Source of the DNA: an uncultured Bacilli bacterium | GTDB lineage: Bacteria; Bacillota_I; Bacilli_A; RF39; UBA660 | NCBI GenBank assembly: GCA_947627925.1 | Contig: CANQXW010000001.1 | Span: 13,314-77,313, forward strand | Direction: 5' to 3' | DNA: 64,000 nt | Shown here: one piece after another, positions 47,669 through 58,612 of the stretch | Position numbering within the stretch: position 1 is the first letter of the stretch | Layout of the letters: every line of letters begins with the position of its first letter | Program-made: the position numbers and the translations under genes | Notes under the pieces: generated by a model | What the model was told of the DNA's origin: nothing | Database searches by the model: none | The model's input: the letters and a program-made list of their open reading frames with translations, nothing else

Positions 47669-49954
47669 TTATTCATCTTCTCCAAAGAAATCATCAAAGA
47701 ACTCATCATCAGTTATAACATTTTCATTCATTATAACACTATCAACATCGATATTAACTTTTGGCGCCTCTTTCTTTTTCTCTTCCTTTTCTTCTTTAAC
47801 TTCTTTTTCCTTCGGCATATCTAAGGTTTCCACATCTTCTTTTAAATCATCATCTAGATAATCATCTTCTTTAATATTGGCAAGTTCTTTATTAAAATCA
47901 TAATTAGCATTTAATAATTCTTGATTTTGTGCCTTTAATTTATCTTTTTGTCTTTGTTCTTCTTCATCAAGTTCTTTTAACTTCCGATCAATATCTTTCA
48001 TCATAGCATCAATATCCATGTTTTGCATACCACTGCCAAAAGGATTACTTGAAGCACTACCAAACTGATTACCATAAGGATTTGAATGATTCATCGAACT
48101 AGGTGATGCAAAAGGATTAGTCATTTGATTGGCCGGAGCTCCAAAAGGATTAGAACCAGTCATGCCTGGGCCCATTGGTGAAGACATTGGATTAGCCATA
48201 TCTCCTACTCCATTCATCATTTTCTTTCTTTTTTCTTCTGTTACATATTTCTTAATATCAAATAATTCTACTTTATGGGTTTCTCTAATTGGGAAAGAAG
48301 CAGTTGGATAATCTTCACCCCAATTCATTTTAAAGTTAGGAGTATATTTGGTTTTAAATGGATACATTCTTAACCGTATAATAATGGCTTCGCCTAATTT
48401 TAACTTTTGCAAATCACTAACGGTAACTAAAGGAGTTGATGCCGTCTTATCTTTATCTTTCGATTTAACATCGCCACACATCTTACTAATTTCCTCTAAG
48501 GCTTTTAATTCGGTACTAATTAAGTAAATTAAATTACCACAGTTACCTTTAATTACTTGGGCAACTTCTTCGCCATAAACATCATTAAGTTGGGCAAAGT
48601 TTTGAATGATAAAGGTAAAACGAATATCCCGACTTCTAGCGGCCGTTACCATACTATCAATATCTTTTAAAGGTGGCATGTTAGGAAACTCATCCAGAAT
48701 AAAGTTAGTTCGATATTCTAGTTTGCCTCCATTAGCTTGAGCCACATCAATTAAAGTTTCATAACATTGTTTAATAAAAATGGTCATTAAGGTATGATAT
48801 GTTTTCTTTTCATCATGAATAACCATAAAGACCGCCGTTTTTCCTCGGCCAATATCCCGCATATCAAAATCACTATAAGAAAGCATTTCAGAAAGACTTT
48901 CCCTAGTAGAGAAAATTCTAATCTTTTGTCTAAAAGTCGAAAGTAATCCACCTTTAGTATCTCCAGGAGCATTAATGACAGTATTAGCAAACATATAAGC
49001 ATTACTATCTGGCCCTTTTAAATTAAAATATTCCTTAATAAAATTACTTGTCGCGTATCTTTCTTCCCCAACTGTACTCATATAGTTGATACTATTTAAA
49101 TTTACTTCCTTAGGGTCAGCATCTTGGAATAAACCTAAGGCTAAACCTGAGAAATAATCAGCTGATCCTTTTTCCCAGAATTCAGAATCCCCTTTATTAG
49201 ATGGATCATATAAGATATTTAAAGCAACGTCATCTAAAAGTTCGGTAGCTTTATCATAATTTCCTTCTTTATAATATTGATAAGGCAAATATAAAGGGTT
49301 CCAGGCATTACCTTTTTCGGGTTCTCGGAAGTTTAAAACAATAACTTTATAGCCCCGTTCTTTTAAGTTTTGCGCCGTTTTAGTATAAATCTCACCTTTA
49401 GGGTCAGTAATAACCATACTCTCGCCTTTTTTGGCTAAGATATTAACCATTGGAAAAACTAAGTTTTCCGTTTTACCACTACCGGTGGAACCAATAACTA
49501 AGTTATGATAATGACCATTATCAACCCATACTTCTTTACCATTATTGATTAAAGGAATTCCGGCAGCTTTTAATTCTTTATCTGAGGGATTAATTTTTTC
49601 AACATTACTGGATTCTTTAATCTCTTTTTCTTTAGCCCATCTTGCATAACCATCATTACTTTTGGTTTCCCCAACTTTAAGGCCAATTCCTTTACCTTTT
49701 TCTTTATTAAAAATATAATCTGAAACACTCGTAAAAATTAAAATTAAAGCCCCAATAAAAAGTCCTAAAGTAAAAGGTAAATATTTTAAAGAGAAAGCAC
49801 TTATAGGTATTAAACCATAAAAAGTTCCTGTATTAAGTAAACAAAATAAATTAGATACAGCAAGTGCACATAAATATAATAAAATTATGCAATATAATAC
49901 AAATAGAAAAAAATCTTTAGGTTCTACCTTAAACTTCATAATTACCCTCTCCAA
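47669..49954 (-). CDS. type IV secretion coupling protein (VirD4/TraG/TcpA family) with low-complexity NPFG/acidic tail
   Basis: N-terminal TMs, Walker A GSTGSGKT and Walker B FILDEFPN. The C-terminal ~230 aa are a repetitive Gly/Pro/Ser/Met-rich and then acidic tail. Confidence 0.8.
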   Translation of the reverse strand: MERVIMKFKVEPKDFFLFVLYCIILLYLCALAVSNLFCLLNTGTFYGLIPISAFSLKYLPFTLGLFIGALILIFTSVSDYIFNKEKGKGIGLKVGETKSNDGYARWAKEKEIKESSNVEKINPSDKELKAAGIPLINNGKEVWVDNGHYHNLVIGSTGSGKTENLVFPMVNILAKKGESMVITDPKGEIYTKTAQNLKERGYKVIVLNFREPEKGNAWNPLYLPYQYYKEGNYDKATELLDDVALNILYDPSNKGDSEFWEKGSADYFSGLALGLFQDADPKEVNLNSINYMSTVGEERYATSNFIKEYFNLKGPDSNAYMFANTVINAPGDTKGGLLSTFRQKIRIFSTRESLSEMLSYSDFDMRDIGRGKTAVFMVIHDEKKTYHTLMTIFIKQCYETLIDVAQANGGKLEYRTNFILDEFPNMPPLKDIDSMVTAARSRDIRFTFIIQNFAQLNDVYGEEVAQVIKGNCGNLIYLISTELKALEEISKMCGDVKSKDKDKTASTPLVTVSDLQKLKLGEAIIIRLRMYPFKTKYTPNFKMNWGEDYPTASFPIRETHKVELFDIKKYVTEEKRKKMMNGVGDMANPMSSPMGPGMTGSNPFGAPANQMTNPFASPSSMNHSNPYGNQFGSASSNPFGSGMQNMDIDAMMKDIDRKLKELDEEEQRQKDKLKAQNQELLNANYDFNKELANIKEDDYLDDDLKEDVETLDMPKEKEVKEEKEEKKKEAPKVNIDVDSVIMNENVITDDEFFDDFFGEDE

Positions 49955-49999
49955 TTCACACTTATTATACTATAAATAGTATAGAGTTGCAAAACAAAA

Positions 50000-50941
50000 T
50001 TACCAGCCAAAATCAAAGTCAATTTTAAAATCCATGACACTATTTTCTTTAACACTAATTATATTACCATCATCAGTATATTCACTATAAACTTTGCCAT
50101 CATCCTCTGTTGCGGTTTTTAAATTATTATAAGTTTTAGCTAAACCTATATAAATAGTATCCCGATATTGTAAGAATAATGGTTCATCATAACCATCATC
50201 TCTCATATAGTCAGTAAAAAACTCTTTTGCTTGGCCATATAACATATTAAAGGCTTTGGTTGAATCTAAATATAATAAATCTTGAAATAAACTAACATAA
50301 TAAGTTACTTTATTTTTTACAGAAAGACTCTTAGGTTTAAAAACTTCTTCATTATTAGCGGTCATTTCCCCAATATTATAATTTTTCGCAAAAGTTTCCA
50401 TGTCTAAATTATCTTCTAAAGGTTCTAAAATATATTTATTATTATCATCAACCACTACTAAAAAATTAATATGAGGATAGTATTCGATTGTTCCTTCTTC
50501 AACTGGTGTATCTAACACATAACCGGAAACAAAATAATAAGTTACGCTACTTCGAGGATTATAATAAATTTTTTCTGCCACATATGTTGGCGTATAATGG
50601 AAACGCTTTAACTTAGTAGCGGCATCAGAGGTAGTTAAATTATTAGATTCTCTAAATTCATCTAATAGTAAATGAAAAACATGCAAATTATCATCACTTA
50701 TTAAATAAGTAAAGTAGGTATTAATTGCCTCTTGAACCCCAAAAAACACATCTTCTTTAGTTAATAATTCAATTTCCGTACTAATTGTTTGTGGATATTC
50801 TGGCGTTGGTTCTTCATAATTTCCTCCGCCATTATCAGTATTATCATTGTTATTATTCAAACTTAAAACTACCGCCACAATAGAAGTTATAACTAAGATG
50901 ACAATTATTATAATTAACAACATTTTTTGATTGCTTTTCAT
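50000..50941 (-). CDS. membrane-anchored hypothetical protein
   Basis: 313-aa ORF with an N-terminal TM. Confidence 0.4.
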   Translation of the reverse strand: MKSNQKMLLIIIIVILVITSIVAVVLSLNNNNDNTDNGGGNYEEPTPEYPQTISTEIELLTKEDVFFGVQEAINTYFTYLISDDNLHVFHLLLDEFRESNNLTTSDAATKLKRFHYTPTYVAEKIYYNPRSSVTYYFVSGYVLDTPVEEGTIEYYPHINFLVVVDDNNKYILEPLEDNLDMETFAKNYNIGEMTANNEEVFKPKSLSVKNKVTYYVSLFQDLLYLDSTKAFNMLYGQAKEFFTDYMRDDGYDEPLFLQYRDTIYIGLAKTYNNLKTATEDDGKVYSEYTDDGNIISVKENSVMDFKIDFDFGW

Positions 50942-50956
50942 TTTATTTTCTCCCTC

Positions 50957-53848
50957 TTAATCACTACATCCATTTTTAACATAATTTAAAATATTATTAG
51001 CATTGGAAGCTCTAGCGCTACAATCACCGGCTGGATTTTCGTAATATCTACAAAAATAGTAAGCAATATCATAAGCTGATGATGCCGGATCATAAACTAC
51101 CCTTTTAACATTTGGAAAACTAGTATTTATTTCTTCAAGCATAAAACCAACTTGAACATTAATATCCGCGATTGAGGATGCTCTACCCTCGTCTTTTAAC
51201 TCTTCAAAATATCTCAGTAAATTAGCTTTTCTGTTCTCAGCTGTCCATTGAATTAAACCATAACCAGCATGATCTTCAGCAAAATACTGATAAACGCCAT
51301 TACTTACCGCCGTTGTATATGCTTCATCATTACCATATGGTCCTATAAGGCCTCCATAAACACAATAACCATAATTAGCCCCATTGATTATGCAACATTT
51401 ATTGTTTTCATAACAATTTTCCAAGTTATTAGTTTTATAGCCACCTTCAGCTGCAATATTCGTAAGGATACCCGCAGAAGCTTCGTCAGATAGTCCCAAA
51501 TCTTTTATCGCCCGACAAACCCCCGCTTTGTCAACAGAATATGAACATCCATTAGCTCCTGGTCGAGGATTGGTCGCACTGATATAATTAAGGGGATTTA
51601 CTTGCGATCCATTAATTAAAATCTCAAAATGGAGATGGGCTCCCGTTGAAGAACCACTAGAACCAATTAAGCCTAATTTTTGCCCTTGGCTAACTCGCTC
51701 GCCAACTTGAACCACAACTGAACCTTTAGTCATGTGTAAATATCTAGATCCAGTTCCATCATCATGGGTTAAATATACAACATTTCCGCCACCGCCTCCA
51801 CAATCATCTGTAGCTCCACTACTTTTTGTAGGACAGACGTTATTAATATAAGTAACTACACCACTTCTAGAAGCTATAACTACATCATCAAAATTTCCTC
51901 CTATATCGACACCTTTATGGGCTTTTGCCCCATAACCTATATCACGAGAACTAGAAAACTCAGAATAAATATGAGTTAAATCTGGCGTGGGTTCAGCAGA
52001 ATATATACCACCTTCCGAATTTGGAGTACCAATTGGCCACCACCATCCAGCATCACATCCATTACCATTATTTTGATGGTGAAACTCACAATAATCGCCT
52101 AAATCATATAAGTCTCTACCTCCAATGTAACCACTTGAAGATTGAAACAAGCTAAAGATCATTTGATAATCCGATTTACCATAATGAACTCCATCTGATT
52201 CATTCCAATTAATCGAATCTTGCGTTAATCCTAAATCAAGGTAGACTAAATTATCTAATCCAGCATCCGCTATTAATGATGCCATCGTGTTATTAAAATC
52301 TATAACATCTTGATTAGTTCTATGATAAGAATTTTGACTATATTTAGATTCATTTACCGGACCTGTTTGAGCAATATAAAGAGTATGTTTACTCCATTCC
52401 CCTTCCGCTAAGGCTTTATAAACTTCAAAATATTTATTTACATTTTCCGTATCATTTACTCCAAGCCAACTAACAATATTATAACTTTTGCCACTCTTCA
52501 TTTTTTGATTAGCAAGATTAATAGCTCCCAAACCAGAGTCGTTTGTAAATCCAGGACGCCAAGTAACTGAACAATTACTGCCATAATTAGTGCCATATCT
52601 AAACCAACAATAACCTTGAGCCCCATGATAAACTACATGATCTTGATCAACGATGCCATAATTGGCCATGCCGTTCATCCGAGAGTCTCCAATATAAATA
52701 GTTTCTTTAGATTGATCAAGTCTGGTACTACTAGACTTAGAAGATGATGATGATGATTTACTACCACCATAAACTTCTCTTAAAATTGTTTTATAATTAG
52801 AACTTGTAGAATTAGCAATTTTTTCAATATATTCATCACTTATATTTAAAGAATCGGCTCCGGTTAGAAAAGTAATTGGACCAGTATGAGACGCTGAAAT
52901 ATATAAATATCTTTCAATACTTTTATAATATTTTTCATAAGAATCCTTAACATCATCTGGAATAATTTCATATTTAACTGAGCAACCAACACTTACTGAT
53001 TTGGCAGTATTGGTATATTCACCATCTGCTAAGACACTTGTTTTAATAGCAATCATTAAAGCTTTTAAAGCTCCTGTTGAAAATTCATAATCTTGAGAGT
53101 AAGCATAAGCCGAACCTATAACAAAATTTTTTAATGATATTCCCGCAACATTATCATCACAACTATAATCAACGTAAGTTAAATTATAGTCACATTCGCG
53201 ATCAAAATAACCATTTTTAAAATCTTCACTATCAAATAATAGAGAAAATATTAAAATAACCACAATTAACACTATTCCAATTACGATAGCAGCAAAAGGA
53301 TGTCTTATAAAAAATGATGCTACTTTCTTAATTCCATTTACGAGCGTATTTTTGGCGTTTTTGGCCCCCTCTTTAGCTTTTTTAAATTGAAAAGGCTTTT
53401 TCTTAGGCTTTTTTTCAGCTGAAGTTTCAGGTTCTTCATGAGAATCATCATCTTTTTTTAAACCATCTTTAGCCATACCCCCATCATCATTGGAAGAGTC
53501 TTCCGCACTTTCCTCTGTTTGATTCATTTTCGAACTACCTTCATTAATTTTATCTTGTGTTCTATTCCGACTTTCAGCCTTTAATCTTTCTCTATCTACT
53601 TTGTTATTCATAGCGTTTCGATGTTGAAGAGGTACATCTTCATATGTTTCTTCTTCTGTAGTTGTTCCTACATCTTCATGCTCTTCTAACATCGAATCTA
53701 ATGAATTTTCTACTTCATCCAAATCATAATGGCCATCTTTAGCCAGTCCTAAAGAATTAGCTATATTTAAAAGTTCACTACTTTTATCACCGTCACCTGT
53801 AGAAATTCCCAACATTCTTGCTTTACCAATAATTCTATCTATTTTCAT
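50957..53848 (-). CDS. multidomain cell-wall hydrolase (SGNH esterase + M23 peptidase + phage-tail-lysozyme-like domain)
   Basis: TM near aa 190. GDSL blocks IGDSR and SWLGVND. M23: GVDIGG…GSSGSSTGAHLHFEI. C-terminal GYGLIQWT lysozyme-like motif. Confidence 0.75.
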   Translation of the reverse strand: MKIDRIIGKARMLGISTGDGDKSSELLNIANSLGLAKDGHYDLDEVENSLDSMLEEHEDVGTTTEEETYEDVPLQHRNAMNNKVDRERLKAESRNRTQDKINEGSSKMNQTEESAEDSSNDDGGMAKDGLKKDDDSHEEPETSAEKKPKKKPFQFKKAKEGAKNAKNTLVNGIKKVASFFIRHPFAAIVIGIVLIVVILIFSLLFDSEDFKNGYFDRECDYNLTYVDYSCDDNVAGISLKNFVIGSAYAYSQDYEFSTGALKALMIAIKTSVLADGEYTNTAKSVSVGCSVKYEIIPDDVKDSYEKYYKSIERYLYISASHTGPITFLTGADSLNISDEYIEKIANSTSSNYKTILREVYGGSKSSSSSSKSSSTRLDQSKETIYIGDSRMNGMANYGIVDQDHVVYHGAQGYCWFRYGTNYGSNCSVTWRPGFTNDSGLGAINLANQKMKSGKSYNIVSWLGVNDTENVNKYFEVYKALAEGEWSKHTLYIAQTGPVNESKYSQNSYHRTNQDVIDFNNTMASLIADAGLDNLVYLDLGLTQDSINWNESDGVHYGKSDYQMIFSLFQSSSGYIGGRDLYDLGDYCEFHHQNNGNGCDAGWWWPIGTPNSEGGIYSAEPTPDLTHIYSEFSSSRDIGYGAKAHKGVDIGGNFDDVVIASRSGVVTYINNVCPTKSSGATDDCGGGGGNVVYLTHDDGTGSRYLHMTKGSVVVQVGERVSQGQKLGLIGSSGSSTGAHLHFEILINGSQVNPLNYISATNPRPGANGCSYSVDKAGVCRAIKDLGLSDEASAGILTNIAAEGGYKTNNLENCYENNKCCIINGANYGYCVYGGLIGPYGNDEAYTTAVSNGVYQYFAEDHAGYGLIQWTAENRKANLLRYFEELKDEGRASSIADINVQVGFMLEEINTSFPNVKRVVYDPASSAYDIAYYFCRYYENPAGDCSARASNANNILNYVKNGCSD

Positions 53849-53924
53849 ACAGGTACCACCTTCTAGAATAATTTTAGCATAATTTCTGCATAAAAAAAAG
53901 CGCTTTCACGCCCTATTATCGAAA

Positions 53925-54185
53925 TTATTTAGCTTCCACAATTAATTTTATGGCTGTCTTAGCTTCCCCGTTTATCGTAATATCATTGAACGCGGGAATA
54001 ACCACTAAATTATCTCCGGTTGGAGCTACAAATCCCCGACAAATAGCAATAGCTTTAATTGCTTGATTTAAAGATCCTGCTCCAATAGTTTGTAATTCAA
54101 CCATTCCTTTTTCGCGATAAATATTCGCAATGGCACCCGCTACTTTACTAGGATTTGATTTGCTAGATACTTTTAAAATTTCCAT
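53925..54185 (-). CDS. spoVS: stage V sporulation protein S
   Basis: MEILKVSSKSNPSKVAGAIA…IGAGSLNQAIKAIAI is near-invariant SpoVS sequence. Confidence 0.9.
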   Translation of the reverse strand: MEILKVSSKSNPSKVAGAIANIYREKGMVELQTIGAGSLNQAIKAIAICRGFVAPTGDNLVVIPAFNDITINGEAKTAIKLIVEAK

Positions 54186-54242
54186 AACATATTCCTTTCT
54201 TCATAATTAAAATATATGACTTAAGAAATTTAAAAATACCTA

Positions 54243-55406
54243 CTATCGAAATTCTGGAGCAATGACTTTTTCATACATTCTTTTAATAAAATCACGAGTG
54301 AAATTTTGATTGTAACGGTAATGTGTTTTCTCATAATCGGCATTATATAAAGAATAAGGAATTAATTCAAAATGGCGAAAATTCGCATCATAATAATTGA
54401 CGATAGGTTCAGTTTTAATATCTTTAATAACTATTTCATTATTTTCTTTTAAAATTTTTAATTTTGCTAACAAACCGACTTGATAAGCATTATCAAATTC
54501 TTCGCCAGCTCTACTCACATCTTCATCAGCCGAAGTAAAATTGCCTAAAGAATAAAAGACTAAAGTTTTATTTTCTTCCCCAATCCATTTTATAGGCTCT
54601 ATAGAATGGGAGTGACTTCCCACGATTACCTGAACACCTAAGGAATTTAAAAACCTGGCTAAAGATTGTTGCTCTTCCGTCTCTTCATAAGTAAATTCCG
54701 TACCCCAATGCATTAAAACAATAATCACATCGGCTTTCTTCTTTAATTCGGTTACATCACTCTCCATTTTTTCATAAAAAATTTCTTTGGTATCGGGATC
54801 TTTAAATAAAGAAACATACTTTCTTTCATCTTCTGGCACCTTTTGATTAGTGCCATAGCCATAAGCTAAAAATTCTATTTTAAGTCCCTTTACCTCTTTA
54901 ACAACATAATAATTATCATCTAAAGTAGTTCCTACGGTTAAAATATTAGTATTATTTTTAAAATAATCTAATGTCGATTTAATCCCCGCCAATCCCCGGT
55001 CATAAGTATGATTATTAGTAGTTCCTAAGACTTCTAAAGATAAGGATGAAACTAAATCGCCAACATATTTTGGAGCACAAAAATTAAAACCCGTTCCACT
55101 TACCTCTAAGTTATCATTGCCTATAACGACTTCCATATTACCAACTGATATATCATCATCAAGAAAATAATCTTTAACTTTGGCAAAATAATTATAAGGG
55201 TCATCCCCTAAACGGACACTATTATAAAAAGGTTCTTCAAATAAAAAATCGCCAACTAAAGTTAAATTAACTTCTTCCCCATTTGGTTTATTTTCTTTAA
55301 AACTATTTGCTTCTTTTGCAGATTTTTTTTGATCTTGAAAAACAAATACTCCTACTAAAAGTCCAATTAAAAGAAAACTTAAAAAAATAACTTTTTTCTT
55401 CTTCAT
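54243..55406 (-). CDS. capA: CapA-family metallophosphatase (poly-gamma-glutamate/capsule synthesis)
   Basis: LVGDFLFE…, NNHTYD, VIVGSHSHS. Confidence 0.8.
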   Translation of the reverse strand: MKKKKVIFLSFLLIGLLVGVFVFQDQKKSAKEANSFKENKPNGEEVNLTLVGDFLFEEPFYNSVRLGDDPYNYFAKVKDYFLDDDISVGNMEVVIGNDNLEVSGTGFNFCAPKYVGDLVSSLSLEVLGTTNNHTYDRGLAGIKSTLDYFKNNTNILTVGTTLDDNYYVVKEVKGLKIEFLAYGYGTNQKVPEDERKYVSLFKDPDTKEIFYEKMESDVTELKKKADVIIVLMHWGTEFTYEETEEQQSLARFLNSLGVQVIVGSHSHSIEPIKWIGEENKTLVFYSLGNFTSADEDVSRAGEEFDNAYQVGLLAKLKILKENNEIVIKDIKTEPIVNYYDANFRHFELIPYSLYNADYEKTHYRYNQNFTRDFIKRMYEKVIAPEFR

Positions 55407-55437
55407 TAAAATCTCATTTCTTAAAAAAATAAGTAAG

Positions 55438-55965
55438 TTATTTCTTACTCATTATATAACCCGCTAATGGATCCATTAATTCTAAGATACCATTAATTAG
55501 GAAGAAAAATCCCAATACCAATATTTGAATATCATTAGTATAATATAAATTAACGGAAGCGAGAATTCCTGTTAAAATAAAAATAACTAAATTAACTACA
55601 TTAAGTTCCCATAATTTATTTTTTCGATCATGATAATAATCACTTTCTTTTAATTTTATTAAACTCATTAAGATAACCCAAATAAATAAACAAAGAGCTA
55701 AATTCCAAGGAGAATCATTTATATCTAAAAATAAAAGTAAAACTAAAATGGCAACACATGATAAGGATGTACTAAAGCCACTATATTCTTTGGCATTTAA
55801 AATAGCAAAATTCTTAATTAAGTGGATGATACCATATAGGGAAATTATAATAATAAACACTATTCTAACATTAGTTATATTAAAAATTGGTAACAAAGTT
55901 ACAGCACTAGACCCAATTACTAATATCCAACCAACTATAAATTCAACAAGGGTTCTTCTATCCAT
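55438..55965 (-). CDS. membrane protein
   Basis: 175 aa, 5-6 TM. Confidence 0.4.
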   Translation of the reverse strand: MDRRTLVEFIVGWILVIGSSAVTLLPIFNITNVRIVFIIIISLYGIIHLIKNFAILNAKEYSGFSTSLSCVAILVLLLFLDINDSPWNLALCLFIWVILMSLIKLKESDYYHDRKNKLWELNVVNLVIFILTGILASVNLYYTNDIQILVLGFFFLINGILELMDPLAGYIMSKK

Positions 55966-56010
55966 TTAAGTCACTTCCTATTTTAATTATAAAATAATTA
56001 TACCTTTTTT

Positions 56011-56724
56011 TCAATCAGTTTTAACATTACCAAATCGGCGATCGATGGTGTTATAATAATCTATTGCATCCTCTAAATCTTTTTCTAAAAAATCTGGAAA
56101 ATAAGTATCGACAAAATATAACTCAGCATAAGTTGATTGATAAAGCATAAAACTACTTAAGCGGTGTTCTTTACCAGTTCTAATCAGTAAATCAATCGGA
56201 GGTAAATCTTGATACAAATATTGATAAAATTTTTCTTTATTTAAATCTACTTCTTTTAATTTACCATCTTTTAAATCTTTAGAAACTCTTAAAGAAGCAT
56301 CTACTATTTCTTGCTGACCATCATAATTAAAGCAAATATTTAAAATGCAATCAGTATTGTCTTTAGTTCTCTTTGTAACATTGTCCATCGCTTCTAAAAC
56401 ATCTTTTCTTAAATTTTCTTTACGACCACTAAAAACAATTTTAACATTATTATCAATAACTTTATTTAATTTTTCATTAAAATATGTAACAAATAGATTC
56501 ATCAAATAATCTACTTCTTCTTTGCTTCTTTTAAAATTATCAGTAGAAAACGCAAAAACAGATAGGACTTTTATTCCTAACTCTTTAGCATGAATAGCCA
56601 ATTTTTCTAAAGCTTTAGCTCCTTCTTTATGGCCTTCGCTTCGTTTTAGCCCCCGCTCTTTAGCCCAACGGCCATTGCCATCCATAATAATTGCTACATG
56701 ATTTGGTATATTCATTAGATTCAC
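56011..56724 (-). CDS. uppS: isoprenyl transferase (undecaprenyl diphosphate synthase)
   Basis: HVAIIMDGNGRWA, FSTDNFKR. Confidence 0.9.
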   Translation of the reverse strand: MNLMNIPNHVAIIMDGNGRWAKERGLKRSEGHKEGAKALEKLAIHAKELGIKVLSVFAFSTDNFKRSKEEVDYLMNLFVTYFNEKLNKVIDNNVKIVFSGRKENLRKDVLEAMDNVTKRTKDNTDCILNICFNYDGQQEIVDASLRVSKDLKDGKLKEVDLNKEKFYQYLYQDLPPIDLLIRTGKEHRLSSFMLYQSTYAELYFVDTYFPDFLEKDLEDAIDYYNTIDRRFGNVKTD

Positions 56725-56729
56725 CTACT

Positions 56730-57245
56730 TTAATAGCGCATTAAATTAATAATAAATAAAAGATATAAACAAATACTATAACGAACTTTAAACATTCCTA
56801 ATTCAAAAATAGATACTAATAAATCAGAAATACAAACAATGTACCCTTCTTTATATAAAGGTTTGTATTCTTTAGGATTAACTTTACCATCATGATTGAT
56901 AAATGGTAAACACTTTTTAGTTAAAGCATAATGATACATATGCGTTTCAATAATGCTTGCTTCTTTATTAGTTATATGAAAATATTTTTTGGCATTATCA
57001 CTACTAGTTTTAGGATGATTTAAATATGAACTATCACCATTAAAAAAGTCATGAAGTAAACCACTGATACAAGAATCTTTAATATCTCCTTTAAATAATT
57101 TGGCGAGCAAGAAACTAACATATGATACTCTTTTACAATGATCATATCTATTAGTGCCATGATGAGCTTCATTTTTAAGGCTTAAGAAATTCTCATCATT
57201 TAAAATATTTTGGGTTATTTCTTTATATTCTTTATTTAATTTCAT
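56730..57245 (-). CDS. HD domain phosphohydrolase
   Basis: H…HD (GLLHDF). Confidence 0.7.
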   Translation of the reverse strand: MKLNKEYKEITQNILNDENFLSLKNEAHHGTNRYDHCKRVSYVSFLLAKLFKGDIKDSCISGLLHDFFNGDSSYLNHPKTSSDNAKKYFHITNKEASIIETHMYHYALTKKCLPFINHDGKVNPKEYKPLYKEGYIVCISDLLVSIFELGMFKVRYSICLYLLFIINLMRY

Positions 57246-57347
57246 TTATATTCCTCTTAACATAAATATATTTGCAACGGAATAATTATAGCATACTTTC
57301 TTTTAAAAATATACCTCTAAGCAAATATTCGACACTATTTTGATAAT

Positions 57348-58409
57348 TTATTTCTTCTTTCTTTTTCTTGTTTTCTCCATTTGAAGACACAAATCCGGAC
57401 GTTCTAAAGTCGTTTGGAGTATGTGCTCTAAGACATCATTTCTAATGGTTTTAAAAGTAACATTTTCAAATTTACAACGACTAGTAAAAGTAGAAATAAA
57501 TTCACTAATTAAATTATCAAGCTTATCTCTAGTAATTTGCCCATCTTTATAAAGATTCATTAACTTTTCCGCATAACTTTTAACTAAAAATTCATAAATT
57601 TTATTAAAATACCATTGAATTTGCGATTTAATACCAGAAATTTTTTCCTGAAAAGCCACAATATCATTTAAATGATCAAGCATTAAAAGAAAATTAATTA
57701 TTTCCTCTTTAGAATTATATTTCTGAAGCTCATAAATTAGTCCTCGTAAATTGGATCCTAGATATAAACTTTCCATTTTGGCTTCTCCCACAATAATCTC
57801 AACTAAAGAAGCTATATGAGATAAATAATTATAAGGATGAGTATTAAATAATTCTTGACTAAAATACCTTCTAGTTAAAAGTTCTGTATAGCCTTCATTT
57901 AAGCCACTACCTAAGGAATAATGGCCATTATAGTAATATTGTCTAAAACCGGAATAAATAATACCATTTGTAGGGACACAAGAAGATGCATGAAAAAGTT
58001 CATGGTACAAATAATCCCAATTTTCTTTAAAAAAGATTGCATTATTTTTCCCATCATAATAAGCGGCAAAATATTTGAGAATTTTATCCTTATCAATATT
58101 AGAAGGATTTATTTTTAAACTATTTAAGTTATTGCAAAAAGTTATTAAATCTTTGGGATGAAAATTAGCTAATAAAACTTGAATAAACTTTAAAACTCGT
58201 TTTTCACCTTCCGAATTAGCTATTTTTTCATAATCTATTTGTCTTTCTTTTTGAATAATAGGAGGTGGTGGTAAAACTTCTTTAGACTTTAAATCAGAAA
58301 AAGCATCATTAAAACGGGAGAACCTTAAATATTCTGCATAAGTAGCAGGATAAATATTTTCCCAAGGTTTAGGGCTAGTTTTAAATTGGACTTTCTTTAA
58401 ATTTTTCAT
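57348..58409 (-). CDS. hypothetical protein with HExxH motif (putative Zn metallopeptidase)
   Basis: LYHELFHAS … NEGYTE. Confidence 0.35.
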   Translation of the reverse strand: MKNLKKVQFKTSPKPWENIYPATYAEYLRFSRFNDAFSDLKSKEVLPPPPIIQKERQIDYEKIANSEGEKRVLKFIQVLLANFHPKDLITFCNNLNSLKINPSNIDKDKILKYFAAYYDGKNNAIFFKENWDYLYHELFHASSCVPTNGIIYSGFRQYYYNGHYSLGSGLNEGYTELLTRRYFSQELFNTHPYNYLSHIASLVEIIVGEAKMESLYLGSNLRGLIYELQKYNSKEEIINFLLMLDHLNDIVAFQEKISGIKSQIQWYFNKIYEFLVKSYAEKLMNLYKDGQITRDKLDNLISEFISTFTSRCKFENVTFKTIRNDVLEHILQTTLERPDLCLQMEKTRKRKKK

Positions 58410-58612
58410 CTTTTCCCCCTTAATTTAATGGTGCGTCAAACTTCATTAATGTATTATATAACATTTTTCTTCTTTTTTAAACTATAACCACGATGATTAT
58501 GTTAAGATTTTTTTAAAATGAGACATTTCTAAAAAGGATTAACAATAGCCACGATGTATTAACATTAAATTCAAAATGTTGTATAATAAGAAACGAAAAA
58601 GGAGCATGTTAA

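Larger units (their letters stand above)
47669..53848. mobile_element. remnant of an integrative conjugative element (coupling protein + lipoprotein + cell-wall hydrolase only)
   Basis: Three conjugation-type genes sit between housekeeping rhodanese and spoVS. No relaxase or integrase is in the window. Confidence 0.4.

Noticed and set aside
45067-48311. Plus-strand ORFs 45067..45450, 46190..46381, 46787..47050, 47535..47861 and 48129..48311
   Set aside because: They are antisense to or overlap better-supported minus-strand genes, and are AT-rich low-complexity translations.
47669-53848. Prophage tail/lysis module, based on the M23 and lysozyme-like hydrolase
   Set aside because: The adjacent gene is a VirD4-type coupling protein, and no capsid, terminase or tail genes are present. 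A conjugative-element origin fits better.
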